Source of the DNA: Trichoplax sp. H2
Taxonomy: Eukaryota
Direction: 5' to 3'
Length of the DNA stretch: 64,000 bases
Assembly: GCA_003344405.1 (NCBI GenBank)
Contig: NOWV01000012.1
Span: 186,001-250,000 of the forward strand
In this document: positions 14,601 to 30,391 of the stretch, in pieces
How positions within the stretch are numbered: the first letter of the stretch is position 1
Layout: the number at the start of each line of letters is the position of its first letter
Position numbers and translations under genes: made by a program
The notes under the pieces: generated by a model
The model's database searches: none
Told to the model about the DNA's origin: nothing
Seen by the model: only the letters and a program-made list of their open reading frames with translations

Positions 14601-17600
14601 ACTAATCTTTATCATTTAATCCACCCTAAGAACGTCAAACCTAATAATCGGTGATAAGGCGACTCTAATGATTTATTAATCCTTTAATGAATCCACTAAT
14701 TTGCTTATGCTAAAGTAAAATTGATCCACAGATAGCGACTGTATAAAAATTATTTCAAATGGAGTTATTTGCACGTAGTCTGTATTCTGTATCTATAATA
14801 TCATAACTGATGCAAAAGCAGGACATAAATTGTATCTATGATAAATTTTATTCAAAAATTACTGCACAGTCCAGTAAGTAATTATAATTGCAGGTAACAT
14901 TTATGAAGTTCATACCAACTCATAATCACTGTAGCTTACATTGGATTTTTAGTATACTAAACTAAACTTACATAAATGATAGATACAAGGGAATTTTACC
15001 AGAAAAACTTGCTTGTCTCGATCCTAGATTATTCTGCAAGGTTGGAAAATACTGTAGTTCAGGCTTATACTAGCCAAATACATGATTTAACAATTTTTTT
15101 ATTGCAATATCACGCAGGCCCTTTTTCGAGCAGTAGGAATGAATGATCAAGATTTCCAGTTCGGATTAACAAAAGTATTTTTTCGCGCAGGAAAGGTAGA
15201 TACAGAAAATAATAGTTTTTGTCACGTCTAATTTGCAACTATACGCTGTTAATGTATAACGTTTTCTATCAAAGTTTGCAGAATTCGACCAAATTATGAA
15301 ATCGGATAATGAAAGTTTAAAACAGATGGTGGCTAAGGTTGAAAAATGGTTGATTCGAGCAAGATGGAGAAAAGTGATTTGGGGTGCTTTATCCGTAATA
15401 AAATGTAAGTAAATCTATAAGATTATAAAAATCCTATCGCAAGTCTAGTTTCTTATTATATCTTATTTAAATGACCATGCATTACACTACTTCCAAATAT
15501 CGTGAAGTAAAATGTGAGAATACGTATTACTGACATTGTATACTTCTACTGCATGAGTAATTAATTATAAAAAGCGAAATTTTTTTACCTGTCATACGAT
15601 AGTACACTTAAAGATTATGTACCGAAGACATCATCGGATTGTAATTCAAAAAAATGTTAGAACATTTCTTGCTATCCGTAAGCACAGACATAGGTAATTC
15701 ATGAGGATAAAGGTGTTTACTAGCAATACTGTACACGATTATTACCATATTTAAATTCCGAATTATCAACTCCGATAGATACAAAGGAATGGCAAAAGTA
15801 ACAACTCTATTCGACTTGATAAATCAAATGGAAGAAATAGGTATATTATTAAACATAAGAATGAAAAATATAGTGCCGTTGATGGAAAGTATATACAAAT
15901 AGAACAATCTATCATTATGTTTCTATTGACACCTTTTATCCAATAAATTCAGCACGTGAGTTAGAGGGAAACCATTACTTGAATCAAGTACAAGGTCTGG
16001 ATGTAAAGATTAAGCACCTAATACATGAGATTAGGGTACGAGCGTAGTAAGACGATATACCTAAGCAATTTATTATTCTTTACCATGCACATAAATACAT
16101 TTATGAACTTGCTTACAGAATAAGCAAATCGACGAGAATCATATCAATAATAGTTATGATTCGCTGCTGAAAGCAACGACAAAGCAATTAGAGGACTTAA
16201 AGATACAACTCAAAGATCAAAGAATTGCCAAAGAAGAGGAGAGAGTAAGAAAATTACAGGAGCAAATGGAACTTGAAAGAAAGCGTCGAGAAGAAGAAGA
16301 AGAAAAGAAAAGAAAAGAAGAAGAAGAGCGTAGAATGTTAGCAAAACTGTTGGATATTCTAATTGCGTCACCAAATATATACATCTCATATTATCATAAT
16401 TAAAAATTACAGAAAAGAAGACATGGAAGCGAAGAGAAAACAAGAAGAAGAAGAAATGAAAGTAAGAAAATTGAAAGAAGAAGAGGAGATGCGAAGATTA
16501 GAAGATTTACGAAAGAAACGTGAATTGGTTCGAAAGTTGCTTTCCTATATTTTTTATTTCAAATATACCTGTTTGATAGATTCAAAGTTAAAAGTTATAC
16601 TCAGAACTATGAAACACCTGAATTAGGAAGAGCAGGAAGCCCGAAGAAAGCAAGAAGAAGAAGAAGAGCGAAAGAGGTTTAAATTAATAAAATAGCATAG
16701 TTCAACTGCCTATTGTAGCAAACTCATCCTTTACCAAATTTGATCCACTACGAGTTCGTTAACTGCTAACTCAATGTACGTAGTACTTACCATTAAATAA
16801 CGATTAACTTTATCTTAGACGCTTAGCTGAGCAAGAACTTCATGATCGAGAACTTGCAGCTAGAATAGCTGCGGTAAATGACTTTATAATTTTATTATTA
16901 TTCAGGACCATGTATTGTCTACTCTACTAAATGAAACTTTGAACTCACTTTTCACAGGAATCAGGTGGTAGTGTTGTTAAAGAAAACCCCAATACGTTAA
17001 ACCGGTAAATATATTTGTAACGTATGCATAACGAAATATATATCTCAATTCAAGTTAAATGTATGTCTCTTTATATTGGTGATAATCAAGAAGGACTGGA
17101 TTAAATCTTTAACTAATTTACGATAATTTTTATTTGCTAATGTCCTTGATTTACCAAAAGGAAAAAACCTGAAAAGAATGATTTATCGGGATACACATAT
17201 GCCCAACTTCGTGATATAATCAATACCTCATGTGGTAAGGAGCCATTACTTACTTTTTGATTTTTACAACACACCCAAAGCATCAACGGTTGTTGTACTA
17301 GCTATCATTATCTATAATTAGTGTGTTAATAGTTTATTACAATGTAAATTATTAAAACTACTATCCGATGCGCAAGCAAACAATCTTTAGAAAAATTACT
17401 TATTACCACGTCATTCTTATAGATGTTGAACTGTTGCAAAGATGCCGGGAAGAATGCCATCGAAGATTGAAAGTTTATCATGCATGGAAAGAAAGAAATA
17501 AACAGCAAGTGAATGTAGCTAACAGCCAACCATTAGATCAACGAGCTCCTCAAGTAGTGTATTCGGAAGGTATGTTCCACAACTGAAAATTCTTTAAGCT

Positions 17601-18026
17601 TGATCTTAAGAAATTTCTATAACTAGCTGAATCCATTAAATTGTTTAATCTTTCCGGTTTCGTATCATAGCTTCATCTAGAAGAAACTTTTCATTCCCAG
17701 ACCCTTTTAACTACCTTCCTAATGATCAACCTCAACGCTTTTTTCGAGTTCCTTTCAATACTTCCGGTCCAGTCCCAAGACCATGCGGATGGTGGTTTGC
17801 TCATTTTGATGGTGATTGGGTTGTTAGACAGCTGGAGCTGCATTCTGGGCGTCCACCAGTTCTTTTATTAGCTGGTATTGATGACATGAACATGTGTGAG
17901 TTGCGACTACAGGAAACTGGACTAGCCACAAGACCTGGAGCTGAAATTTTACCAGAGGCATTTGAAGAAATTTGGCACAAGTGTGGCGGAAAGCCGTATC
18001 AAAGGATACAACCTAGAAGGTCATAA
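8670..18026 (+). CDS. MYO6: Unconventional myosin VI, ~30 exons (first 8670-8786, 9052-9121, 10551-10624; last exon ends at TAA 18026)
   Basis: [17 protein letters not shown]-terminus; P-loop [38 protein letters not shown]; reverse-gear insert [23 protein letters not shown]-rich SAH; MIU-like [24 protein letters not shown]; cargo-binding GWWFAHFDG. Confidence 0.97.
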
Positions 18027-19299
18027 GCTACTGCCGGGTCCGAATATTTTTCAAGTTACTTTACGTATTAGCACTTATCTAATGCAAGAAAAAGTACAAA
18101 CTATTTTACCTAATGTATAATATACCGCATGGTTATGAAACGTGTGTGACTGAATCTTATCATGCATACCTATATAATTCGCATAATTTAAACGAGAAAG
18201 ATTTGATATTGAGGGTGTAAATCTGTATTTGTGCAAAAATCTGAGTTTTTGAAAATTCTTTACGCTGGATTCATTATGATTCGAGTATTACACAATTTTT
18301 AAAGCGTATTTATCGACCCATCTCATCGTTTATTGTCTATAAGTAATTCCAACTTACAGGCATCAGTCAACCATAATTTTATTACGAGTGAAACACTACT
18401 TTTCCTATAAATTTTTAAATACCGATTGATTTTCAGAATAGCTATTGTAGAATACTCGTTTTGAAAGACCCACAGTTTGAGTTCGCAAACACTGTAGACA
18501 TGTTGTTTTAATCACTACTAATCCTAGAAGCTGACGCATATTATACGTATAATTGTGCCCTACATACACTACGTTAATTTTCGAATTTTGATATAAATTG
18601 CTATCATGAAAGATCTTTGTCGTCATCTCGAGTTACAGTTGGTTCAGATAGCAAATTCACGAAGTGCTATTTTGCATTTACTTTACTCCAACAAGCATAT
18701 CGGTTTATCAATTACATAAATCTCTTAAAATTTTTGACGCACTACATTCACTATATCGTGCTACAGTCAAATTGAATATTCCCCTAGTGTGTTCGATTTT
18801 GGTTGTAATATATCCTAAATAGGTGTTTAAAATTCAGTATTTTAGGTAAAGATATTTATAAATTCGCTTGTGCATTTGGTGAAGCATAGGCTGCTGTGAG
18901 CTTCACGAAATAAATCCTCCATGCTAAATGTGTACGTAATTCTTGTACATTTCTGAATATTTCTAAGAATGGAATTACGTGACAAGTATGAGTAAAATCT
19001 TCGGTTTGACTATACGAGTATACTATTCTTATGTGTAAAGCATACTAGAACACGCAGTATGTTCATAATATCAATTCCTCATAAGTAACTGAATTCTACC
19101 GTATTTAAGGGACTTACATGTACACATGCTTATAAGCAAGTATTATGTAATCGTAGTGAACGTCCCAATCGGTAGCCAACAAACTAACCAGTAGGTCATA
19201 TACGTGACGTATTAGTATAATTATGCGTCTAGATACTCCTGCACGCATTCTGCAAATATAGCGACGGTGCGATCAGATATGAATAATGTTCATGACAGT

Positions 19300-19760
19300 A
19301 AATACGGTACTGTACAGTACTACTGCATACTGTACAGTGTATACTGTCCCTCTTTCTTTCATTTGTAAACCTGGATTATACTTACAGTAGATCATCAAGG
19401 TATTGAACCGAACTCAGGTCTAACCTGGAAACACTAAGTAAAAATCGCTAGGTTCTACAGTACATACGGTACAGTACAAAGTACTGTGTGTCAGAAGTCT
19501 TTCTGTACACAGTACTGTACTGTACAGTACAATGCTGCACAGTACAGTACAGTACTGTACTGTAGCACTCAGCAAAACCGTAGTACTGTACAGTACTGTG
19601 TACTGTACTGTACAGTAAAGGGAATTGGAAGGGAAATACGGTACAGTACCAGATACCGTAAGTCTCTGGTCATCGTAGTTCATACGTCTGATGTCTTAAA
19701 TACTTCTACGCATGTGTAAAGAGTTCTCTTCATCGTGGTTAGAGACGGCCATTTTGTGAA
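19300..19760 (+). promoter_or_regulatory. RPL24 promoter: ACTGT/ACAGT array, polypyrimidine TCT/TOP-like start (TTCTCTTC ~19724) and YY1-like CGGCCATTTT (~19746)
   Basis: Motifs read directly upstream of the ATG at 19770; this architecture is typical of animal ribosomal protein genes. Confidence 0.55.
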
Positions 19761-19769
19761 CTTGGAAAG

Positions 19770-21241
19770 ATGAAGTAAGTATCCCGCGTTAATCCTCGGG
19801 GTAACATGACATTTTTATGGCATCTTTTAATCCTTCATTATTAGTAAACTTGGATAACTCTTATTGTCTTCATTTTAGGCTCGAATTGTGTAATTACAGT
19901 GGTTATAAGATTTATCCTGGTCACGGTAAGAGATACTGCCGTGTCGATGGTAAGGTAAGCCTTGACCAAAACCTTGGTATAGTATCACAATAAATTCAGC
20001 TATTCAAGCAAAGAGTAGTATCATCTTGATGCTATGATTAAAATTTCTAACGCCAATGCTGTAGACATATAATGAACTGATCAAATCTTTGAATTGATCG
20101 TATCGCAGACCTTCAATTTTTTAAATGGAAAATGCGAGGCTTCTCATCTTATGCGTCGTAATCCCCGAAAAATATCATGGACGGTAGTATACCGTCGCAA
20201 GCACAAAAAGGGAAAGGTTGAAGAAACTTCCAAAAAGAGAACCAGGCGTACAACCAAATTTCAGCGTGCTATCCAAGGTGCTACTCTAGAAAATATTATG
20301 GCAAAAAGAAATCAAAAGCCAGAAGTCCGTAAAGCGCAGAGAGAGCAAGCAATAAGGTTTATTATACATACAATACATAATAGCTTTGATGATGTTATTT
20401 CGAAGTTCAGTACAGTATATCATAATAAAAAGTTTTTTACGCTACTATACTTGTATAGCGACTTCTCTTCGTAAAGTATGGTTGATTTAGTTTCCACCAT
20501 TATATTGCACTGTACTCTATATACTAATCACCAGCATTGGTCATGTTAACAAATTATCGATCAAACCACTATACCATACAATTACTCATCGCATTTTCCT
20601 TATTCTTTAACAACGAATATTGTACCATTAACATAATGTCGAGTGACTTGTAATTTAAACAAATTATTATTAGTCCTAGTTCACAGTTTGCAGTGTGATA
20701 GGTTAAGGAGTGACATTCATCTTAATTCATTATATAACAGAGCTGCCAAAGAGAAACAAAAGGGCAAGAAGCAAACACAGAAGGTAATTTTTACATATGA
20801 ATAAATCTTGTCTTGTTTTGCGTAAGAAACTTCCTAAAATACAGTTCATGCGTCGAAGAAAATCTGGAATTGCTAATTCCTTCCATTACTATACATAATA
20901 TACGGGATTAACCGTAACTTATATATACTGTATTCAGTCATAAACTGGGAAAGGAGAGGCGGCTAGTTGTCTATGATTTTGTCTACAATGTTACAGTATA
21001 GTGAATGTTCCTTTTGATAATATGTATTGTAATTGAAGAGTCGAATCTAGGGGTACTTACTTAGAAGATTTTAAGTTATCCAACTAAATAATGTTGTATC
21101 TGCTGTATCATGTGTCGATATTTAAATAACCAAATCATGTACTAATTGATTTAATTATAGACACAAACTACAAAACAATCCAAGAGCAAAGCTACCAAGG
21201 TTGTAAAAGGTAGTGCCCCGAAAGTTGGTGTCAGACGATAA
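19770..21241 (+). CDS. RPL24: 60S ribosomal protein L24 (eL24); exons 19770-19774, 19879-19954, 20109-20356, 20741-20783, 21161-21241; 150 aa
   Basis: [27 protein letters not shown]...[20 protein letters not shown]...[19 protein letters not shown]...[12 protein letters not shown] introns. Confidence 0.98.
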
Positions 21242-22376
21242 TATTCGTTAATGTACCTTCTTGCATTTTGTAAATGGAAATAAATTTGGAGCGAATGTAA
21301 ATGTTACTGGAGCCTGATTTTTGTGTGATGGGTTTAATTGTTCATGAAATCCTCAGTTAATCATATCCCATTAAACTGTATTCTTGGTAATGTAGTTGTG
21401 AATGCAATTGCCACAGCTATTTTAAAATCTACTCATATGTACGTTAAAACTCGCCGCTGTTGCTCTGTATGCATAGCTTTATCTTTGCGATCTCTTTTAG
21501 TATCATGTCAGTAAATCATTGCGTTGATTTAATGCATAGAATCCTACACTTCATGAGACCGCTGTCGACAAATTTCTCGATTACTGCTACTGTCTGCTAG
21601 TTAAGAATTTAAATGTATCCATTGGCTCTCATTTATATGTTACTTTCTTTAGACTTAATTGATAATTACACTAGAATAGCCTAGATTTGGATATCGTAAG
21701 TTAAAGTCAAGGCAAAACTATTCTGATTTATACAACTTGACTGATACACATGATCAAGTGATGATTTATGTTTGAATAGTTACAAGTAATGGTTTAACAA
21801 ACAAGGTGTATGGAGCTAACATGTTTATCATAGGGATAGAATACTTAAGAATCCATAGTTACTCGCTCGCCGGTTCATTTAAAGCGCAAACAGAAATATA
21901 TAGTTTATCCATTCTTTAAAACGATGGAAATTTGCAAAATCTTGCTGACCAGTTTATCACATTTTAACTAGTTAAAAATATCGTATGCGGTTATAAATTT
22001 ACCTTAGCTATTGCTACATTCGAGTATTGTAAAACGTGTTGGTGTGCGTTACCAAAAAAATTATGCGTACGAATTAGTATTTCGGACAGCACAATACAGT
22101 GTCTTATAATTATAACCCAAAAATTAAAATTACCATGAGGCTATAATATGAAACTATTACACTGTAAACCTTTTACATTTGCACCTGTTATTCTCTCGGC
22201 ACCGATATAACTGGATGATAATCACCGTTAATCAGTACGTACATATTTTACAAGTAGTACGTGTGTATTACTATATTTACGTATATATATTGTATTTACA
22301 TTACATGATAAAAGTCATTGCTTTAAATTAAATATGAATATTCTAACATTTAACTAATTAATGGTAGGGTCATATC

Positions 22377-24235
<1,859 letters not shown>

Positions 24236-27200
24236 TCAGCAAAGTTTATAAACACGAAGGCGTTGCAATGACTTTCTACAGTACTGTACATCGACTAAGT
24301 ACTGTACATTGTAGTCATACTGTACTGTACAGTACAGTACTTACTGTATAGTATGGTAAAGTACTGTACTGTAGTCTCATCGACACAGTACTCCCTCCAC
24401 TAGAGACCCTCCATAGTACTGTACTGTATTGTACTGTACTGTACTTTGACTATGCTATACTGGACACTGCGTATAGTATCTGTGTGTGGGTTATTTATTA
24501 AATTATCAGTGGGTATACACAAGTAACACCACTGTATCATGGACTATAGTACTAGAAGGCCTGGCCTGTATGGGCTAATCACTTCTCTTGGACGGACAGA
24601 CATTTTAGGCACATCTCGTCAAAACATTGTGCCAAACACTGGAGTTATGGCAGTACAGTACTGTAGTATGCAGACGGTCGATTTTAAATTGAACGATTTC
24701 TAAATTAAGTAATATTACATTAAATCTTATTATCTATTACAAGTTTTTGCTTGGAAACAGTTCTATAAAATCGTAGACGCTATTTAAATTAGTACCAGTG
24801 ATTAGAAAACAAACATGGAAGATCTATACTGTACTAAAGTAGTCCTTTTTGGATATTTACGGCCTCATTTGATAAGAAAAGTCCGTCAGTCTGTAACGGC
24901 CAGCCTGACAACATCTAAATGAGTCTATACTGTCTATGGAATACTGAATGTAATTCATGATCTACGAGTATACTGTGATTGTAAAAGAAAACGTGTATGG
25001 AACATAATATTGCAATATGATTTACTTGACATACAACTACTAGACTATTCTTCGCGCTAATTATAATATTCCCATATAATATAAGCGTACGAATATCTGA
25101 ATCTTCTATCTCTGATCAATTACAATATACGCTCTTCACTTATTATAATGAATTCCTTGACTATTTTTTTATTGATAAATCAGTTACTGATGATACTGTA
25201 GATAGATTTCACTTACTATAACTTCCGATTCTTCTTCGGTGAGACATTTGCTCTACAAAAGCATCCACTGTAATAACCTTTACGTAGCAATAAATTCACT
25301 GTAATCCAGTTTATACCTATAATACCATGAATAAAAATTTATCATCAACATTTGGATCTCTGTAGTACAGTATATTGTATTATCATTACGCTGTCTCTCA
25401 AAATGACAAATCAAGTAAATCAGTCATTTATGGCTAAATCACGTACAAGCAGTAACAAAAATGTAGAAAAGACAGCAAAGTTAATTGATGAATTCAATCA
25501 ATTTATCAAAATTAAATTGCAGTTGATTATGCATAAATAGTTAAATCCTAAGAATACCTTATTTTTTCTTAAATGCCAATGCCAGCGGCTCGTGGTTTTG
25601 AAAACTTTCTTTCACTTTTTCTTTAGTAACAATGTCTAATAATAATAATTGTAACGTCATCGTATGATCTTGTAGCTATATTATTGACTTTCCAGTAATC
25701 GAAAATTTCAATTCTACGTCCTAAAAAAATACAGTAACAATCTAAAAGTCACGTCAGCCTGACAATACTACTGTACTTATAAACCCTAGATATAAAAAGA
25801 AAGGAATAATTTCTAGAAACCCCTTGTTTCTCTTTTACTCAATATTGATAAAGTAATAATACTTTGTAGTACAAGTAATAATGACACCATATTACACGCG
25901 TAAAACTATAGACCTATACATCACCTACAGCCATAAACTTTGCTCGTGAGCATATCTTGTAATAATACTAAAATTTCAACGAAACAGACTGTAAAATAAA
26001 AAAAACAGTTCACCTCGGTAAATGTAACGTTCATAGATACACAGCTAAGAATCAGAAAAAAGCAATAATTACCGCTTCCTGGGTAGAATGTTTTTACTCG
26101 CATCATTTTAATAATATTTTATATTATGTACTGTATTAAGTGTATACTGTATTCTACAGTACATTTATAGGAATGTGTCATTATGTATTTAATCAGTACT
26201 AGTCATTTATTACATGTTTCTACAGTACAATTAATACGATTACTTATGCGATTGTACGATAATTCAATATTAGCTAAATATAATATCCTACAAACTTACA
26301 ATTGTTACACAGTAGTATTCAAGTATTACGACAACAGTGCATTACGCAAAGTATCACGAGCAAGGGCATTCTACTGATTTAAAATAATAATCCCTATTGA
26401 TTATTCATGATGCGGGTTACATGTATTATTTTTTACAATCTGTGCTTGGCCTAATTTACACAAATATAGATATATGGACATAACTTCATATATTAATATT
26501 CACTTATAATTCCTAATTCTATATTATAACTAGAGTATTACTATATTTATTAATTTATCCACTGTTCTACAATCCTGCTAGATAGAGATAAGAGAGGTCA
26601 TTTGATAACTTTAAAACACGATTCATAATGTACTTTATTGTTTTTTCGGTCATAGGGATGTAAGATAGCCATATAAATTTGTAAATAATCACAACGCTGC
26701 CAAATACATACGATATTACCGCTGTTAATATGTACTCTTACAATTGCTTACATCTAAAACTTTTATATCACCGGCCTATATATTAAAATTACCATTTTGT
26801 AGTATCTTCTTTTAGTATGTCAAAAAATTTTACTTTTACAATTTCTATTATAATTAAAGTGTACAAAACATTTTTACTTCTAATTACTGATCAATATCTA
26901 ATAGCAAAGATACTTATTTCAGTTGCAACTTATTAATAACAGTTTTTCAAAGGTCTAAATGTTTATTAATACAGTATAACAACGGTATACATGAAACATA
27001 TTTTATTTTATGCCTCGATGATGAAATCTATAGTATTAATTTCTTACATTAATAGGTGTTTGAGACTAGAAGAATGATAGCGAGCAATTAATCAAATATA
27101 TGGCAACAGTAGTAAATTCTAGATGTGAAAGCCGAGTTATCTATGTAAAATATGCTTAAGCTCATACTGATTAAAAATTGATATTGCAAAGTTTACTCAC

Positions 27201-30200
27201 GTTGAAACCACGCCTATAATTAACATTTTGTATAAGAACACGAGCGGATATCCATTAAATAAGTAATAATTAATTCCTGGAGTAACCCTTTCGATGAGAG
27301 TTTATATTTTACAGACTGAAGAGCACAACAAGTGATGAGAATTCCAATCATGCTTGAAATCCTATAAACCTATATGTCCAATACTCAGTGTGAAAGCAAA
27401 ATAAGAATTACTTAGCTAAAGAGTAAGAATCTATTTCTGTAAGTTAACTCTAATACCGTGTCAAGATTTACAGGATTGAAAAATAAAACGAAAAATGATT
27501 GACGATAATATTTAATCAACTAAGCTATCTGTATTAAACAATTAAAAACCTAGGCTAATAATGATTTTACGTATAATATATCTTATACTATAGTTAATTC
27601 CCATTGATTGAACTAAAATCAATGAAAGTTTACTATATAAGGATCAGCATCAGTAAATACTTTATTAGAGATATAAGCTACCAGTACCATTCTTCTATCA
27701 CGGTGCTTCATCGATAATTTGGAATGAACAAACAAGATTAATCTATGGGATTAACAAAAATGCAAAACCAGTTTGTTTCTGGATATTATTGGCTAGAATT
27801 TTGTTCATTTAATCGGAAATGCAAAAAATTTATCTATTCAAAGTATTTACCATAGCCCCTATGAGTACGAAAATCTTAATATCGCTACCAATTTCATACA
27901 AATCTATCCCGTTAGTGACAATTAAACTGTTATAAAGATGAAATTTGCGTGGTAAGTAACGAAAGATAAAAGAATTCAAATTTTGAAACTACAAATGAAA
28001 TAGAAGCAAATTAAATCGCATTCCTAATATCAACTTCAAAAAAAAATGCCTCAATGCTATCCTATAGTGCATACGAGTATGGTATATTAATTGAACCTAT
28101 CTTATTTAAATCATTTCTTGCTTTATTTTTAACTCATTCTAGCCCAGCATATAAAACTATATGCCATTAAATTGATAATATGGAATACTGTAGATGATGT
28201 ATTTCTTGCTGATCAGCAAGATTTAATTACTAGAAATCATAAAAAGAAAGTGTTCGGAAGGATCGTTGATCAATTCTATTAAAACTTTCACATAAAATGA
28301 TCATAAAAAAGCATAAAATTTTCTGTTATGATTAAATTAAGTTATTAATTATTTTTAGACATTGCTCTTATGGTATTGATACATAAGCTTAATTGACAAA
28401 AAAATACTATTTTTAAAAGTCATCGATAACAAACTTTCTTTTATTCTATAGATAAGAAAGACATTTAAACCTCTTCAAGATCTACTTGCATACAGAAAGT
28501 ATTTAAGGCTTAAAGTTTTCCATAATGATGGAATCAATAGATCTTATCAATTTTTTAAATAATGCCAAGAAAATATTCTAGAACCTTAGTCGAATTAAAC
28601 AATAGTAACTTTTAAAATTTAAATGTAAGTATAGATGTTTTTCCTACCTATTAGTTGGATTCTGCGTCTCATTAATTGAATATCTAGCTAGTACATCAAT
28701 CAATATATAATAGTAAAGGTAATAAACGTTATTAAACTCTTTTGGTTATAAGGAAATAAAAAAATATCAAGAATATCTCAACTAATACTGTAATTAAATT
28801 CATTTTGATTCAATCTATTCATTATCTTATAGTTATTCCTGCTCTTAATTTGTAAGCAAATAAAATACTGCCTATTTAGCTAACGCCCCAATAAATGTAG
28901 ACGATGTCTTATTATCGATTTGTCTCTATCTCTTTGTAGAAGTTATTTACATGGCTCAGTTCGTTCATATGCTGAATGAAAGTTCAGGGGTAAATCATAT
29001 TAATTACTATCCATCAATCTTACCGAATCTATAGCACAATTACGATCATTTACAATCACTCAATTTATATTTTATTTTAATAAATTACATTTAAATATCA
29101 ATTTTGATCGTTAATATAAGGCTTGCAATAAAGTTTATCTTTCATCTATCCACAGTCGTCTTCTATTCCTTCTCTCTATGTACCTTACATAAAAAGGCAA
29201 TGGAACAACAGCAGTCGGAGTTATTGCAATATCATTGTCTCAGAACTTAATCAATGAAGAAGAAAATACAATAATCCTATTTGATATAGGACCATTATTT
29301 GAGGACGATAATATTGCCATGGTAGAGTATTCATTCAAAGAGAAGGAATATTAAAAAATTAAATTGTCGAAAAGAAAAAATGTCAGTCACGAAATTAATC
29401 TATATCATCTACTAATTAGTCCAGTGTAATAGAGAATTAAAAATAAATAAGACAGGACAAACAGTAAGAAATATAAAGACATTAGTACTTAAATCATGTT
29501 TTTTCTTCCAATGTAGTTTTAATTAACATGACGTCTCTAACATCCTGCGCCAATTGATTTCCATTACAATGATGACGTTGTCAAGGCCATATTACAACTT
29601 ATTTGCTATGGCTACGCGAGAAATAATGCTAGACTATCATAACCATTAAATATTGATTAACTCTCCCTAACGCATTGTTGTTAAATCTGATTTCCAAAAA
29701 TCAAGTCGCAGTGTTAACACTTCCCTTATATTTACCCTCGAACTCTTCACATCGCAAAATACAATGACTTTTTAATCGTTTTCATGAAGTGACTACAAAC
29801 GATTTTACATTCAAGATAACCATACTGCCATCAAATATACAGTATCTTTTTTATGTTGGTATTTATTCGGGCCGCTTCAGGACGAAGAAGTATCTTTATC
29901 CTAGTCAGCATAACTCTACAATTGAGTAATATTCTATTTGGTGGATACTAATCAAATTTTATGATCTCGATTTCATGCCAACCTAAGTGGAACAAATCAT
30001 TTTTCACTCTTCCTTCTCATCATTATCAACTAAGAATTATACATATATATATACCACTTTCGTTGGGTATGCAAGTTTACCAATGATATTGAGTTTATAC
30101 CAACACAAGTAAAACAAATTATTGCCAAAATTCTTTCAATTCTTCCAATTTGTTATCATTAACTAAGAATCTTCTTATTAATCTCAGCAAAAAAAAGTTC

Positions 30201-30391
30201 TAATTTACCCAAGACAACGCGTTTATCATCATTGAAAACAGAAGTACTATCATTTTTTATCAAAATACTTTTGTACGTCTTAGTATAAAAATTGATTATT
30301 ATAACTTAAACACTACAATAATATAAATTATAAAGGAGATTAAAAAAAATTCCGTCATCAAAAGTTTCAGCTATGAATAACAGCCCAATAT

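Noticed and set aside
19420-19719. Y/C/T/V-rich ORFs here and at 50192-50867
   Set aside because: Artefacts of stop-free ACTGT/ACAGT repeats.
20026-20085. Possible C/D snoRNA in RPL24 intron 2 (ATGATTA...CTGA)
   Set aside because: Imperfect C box, only ~47 nt long, no guide recognised.
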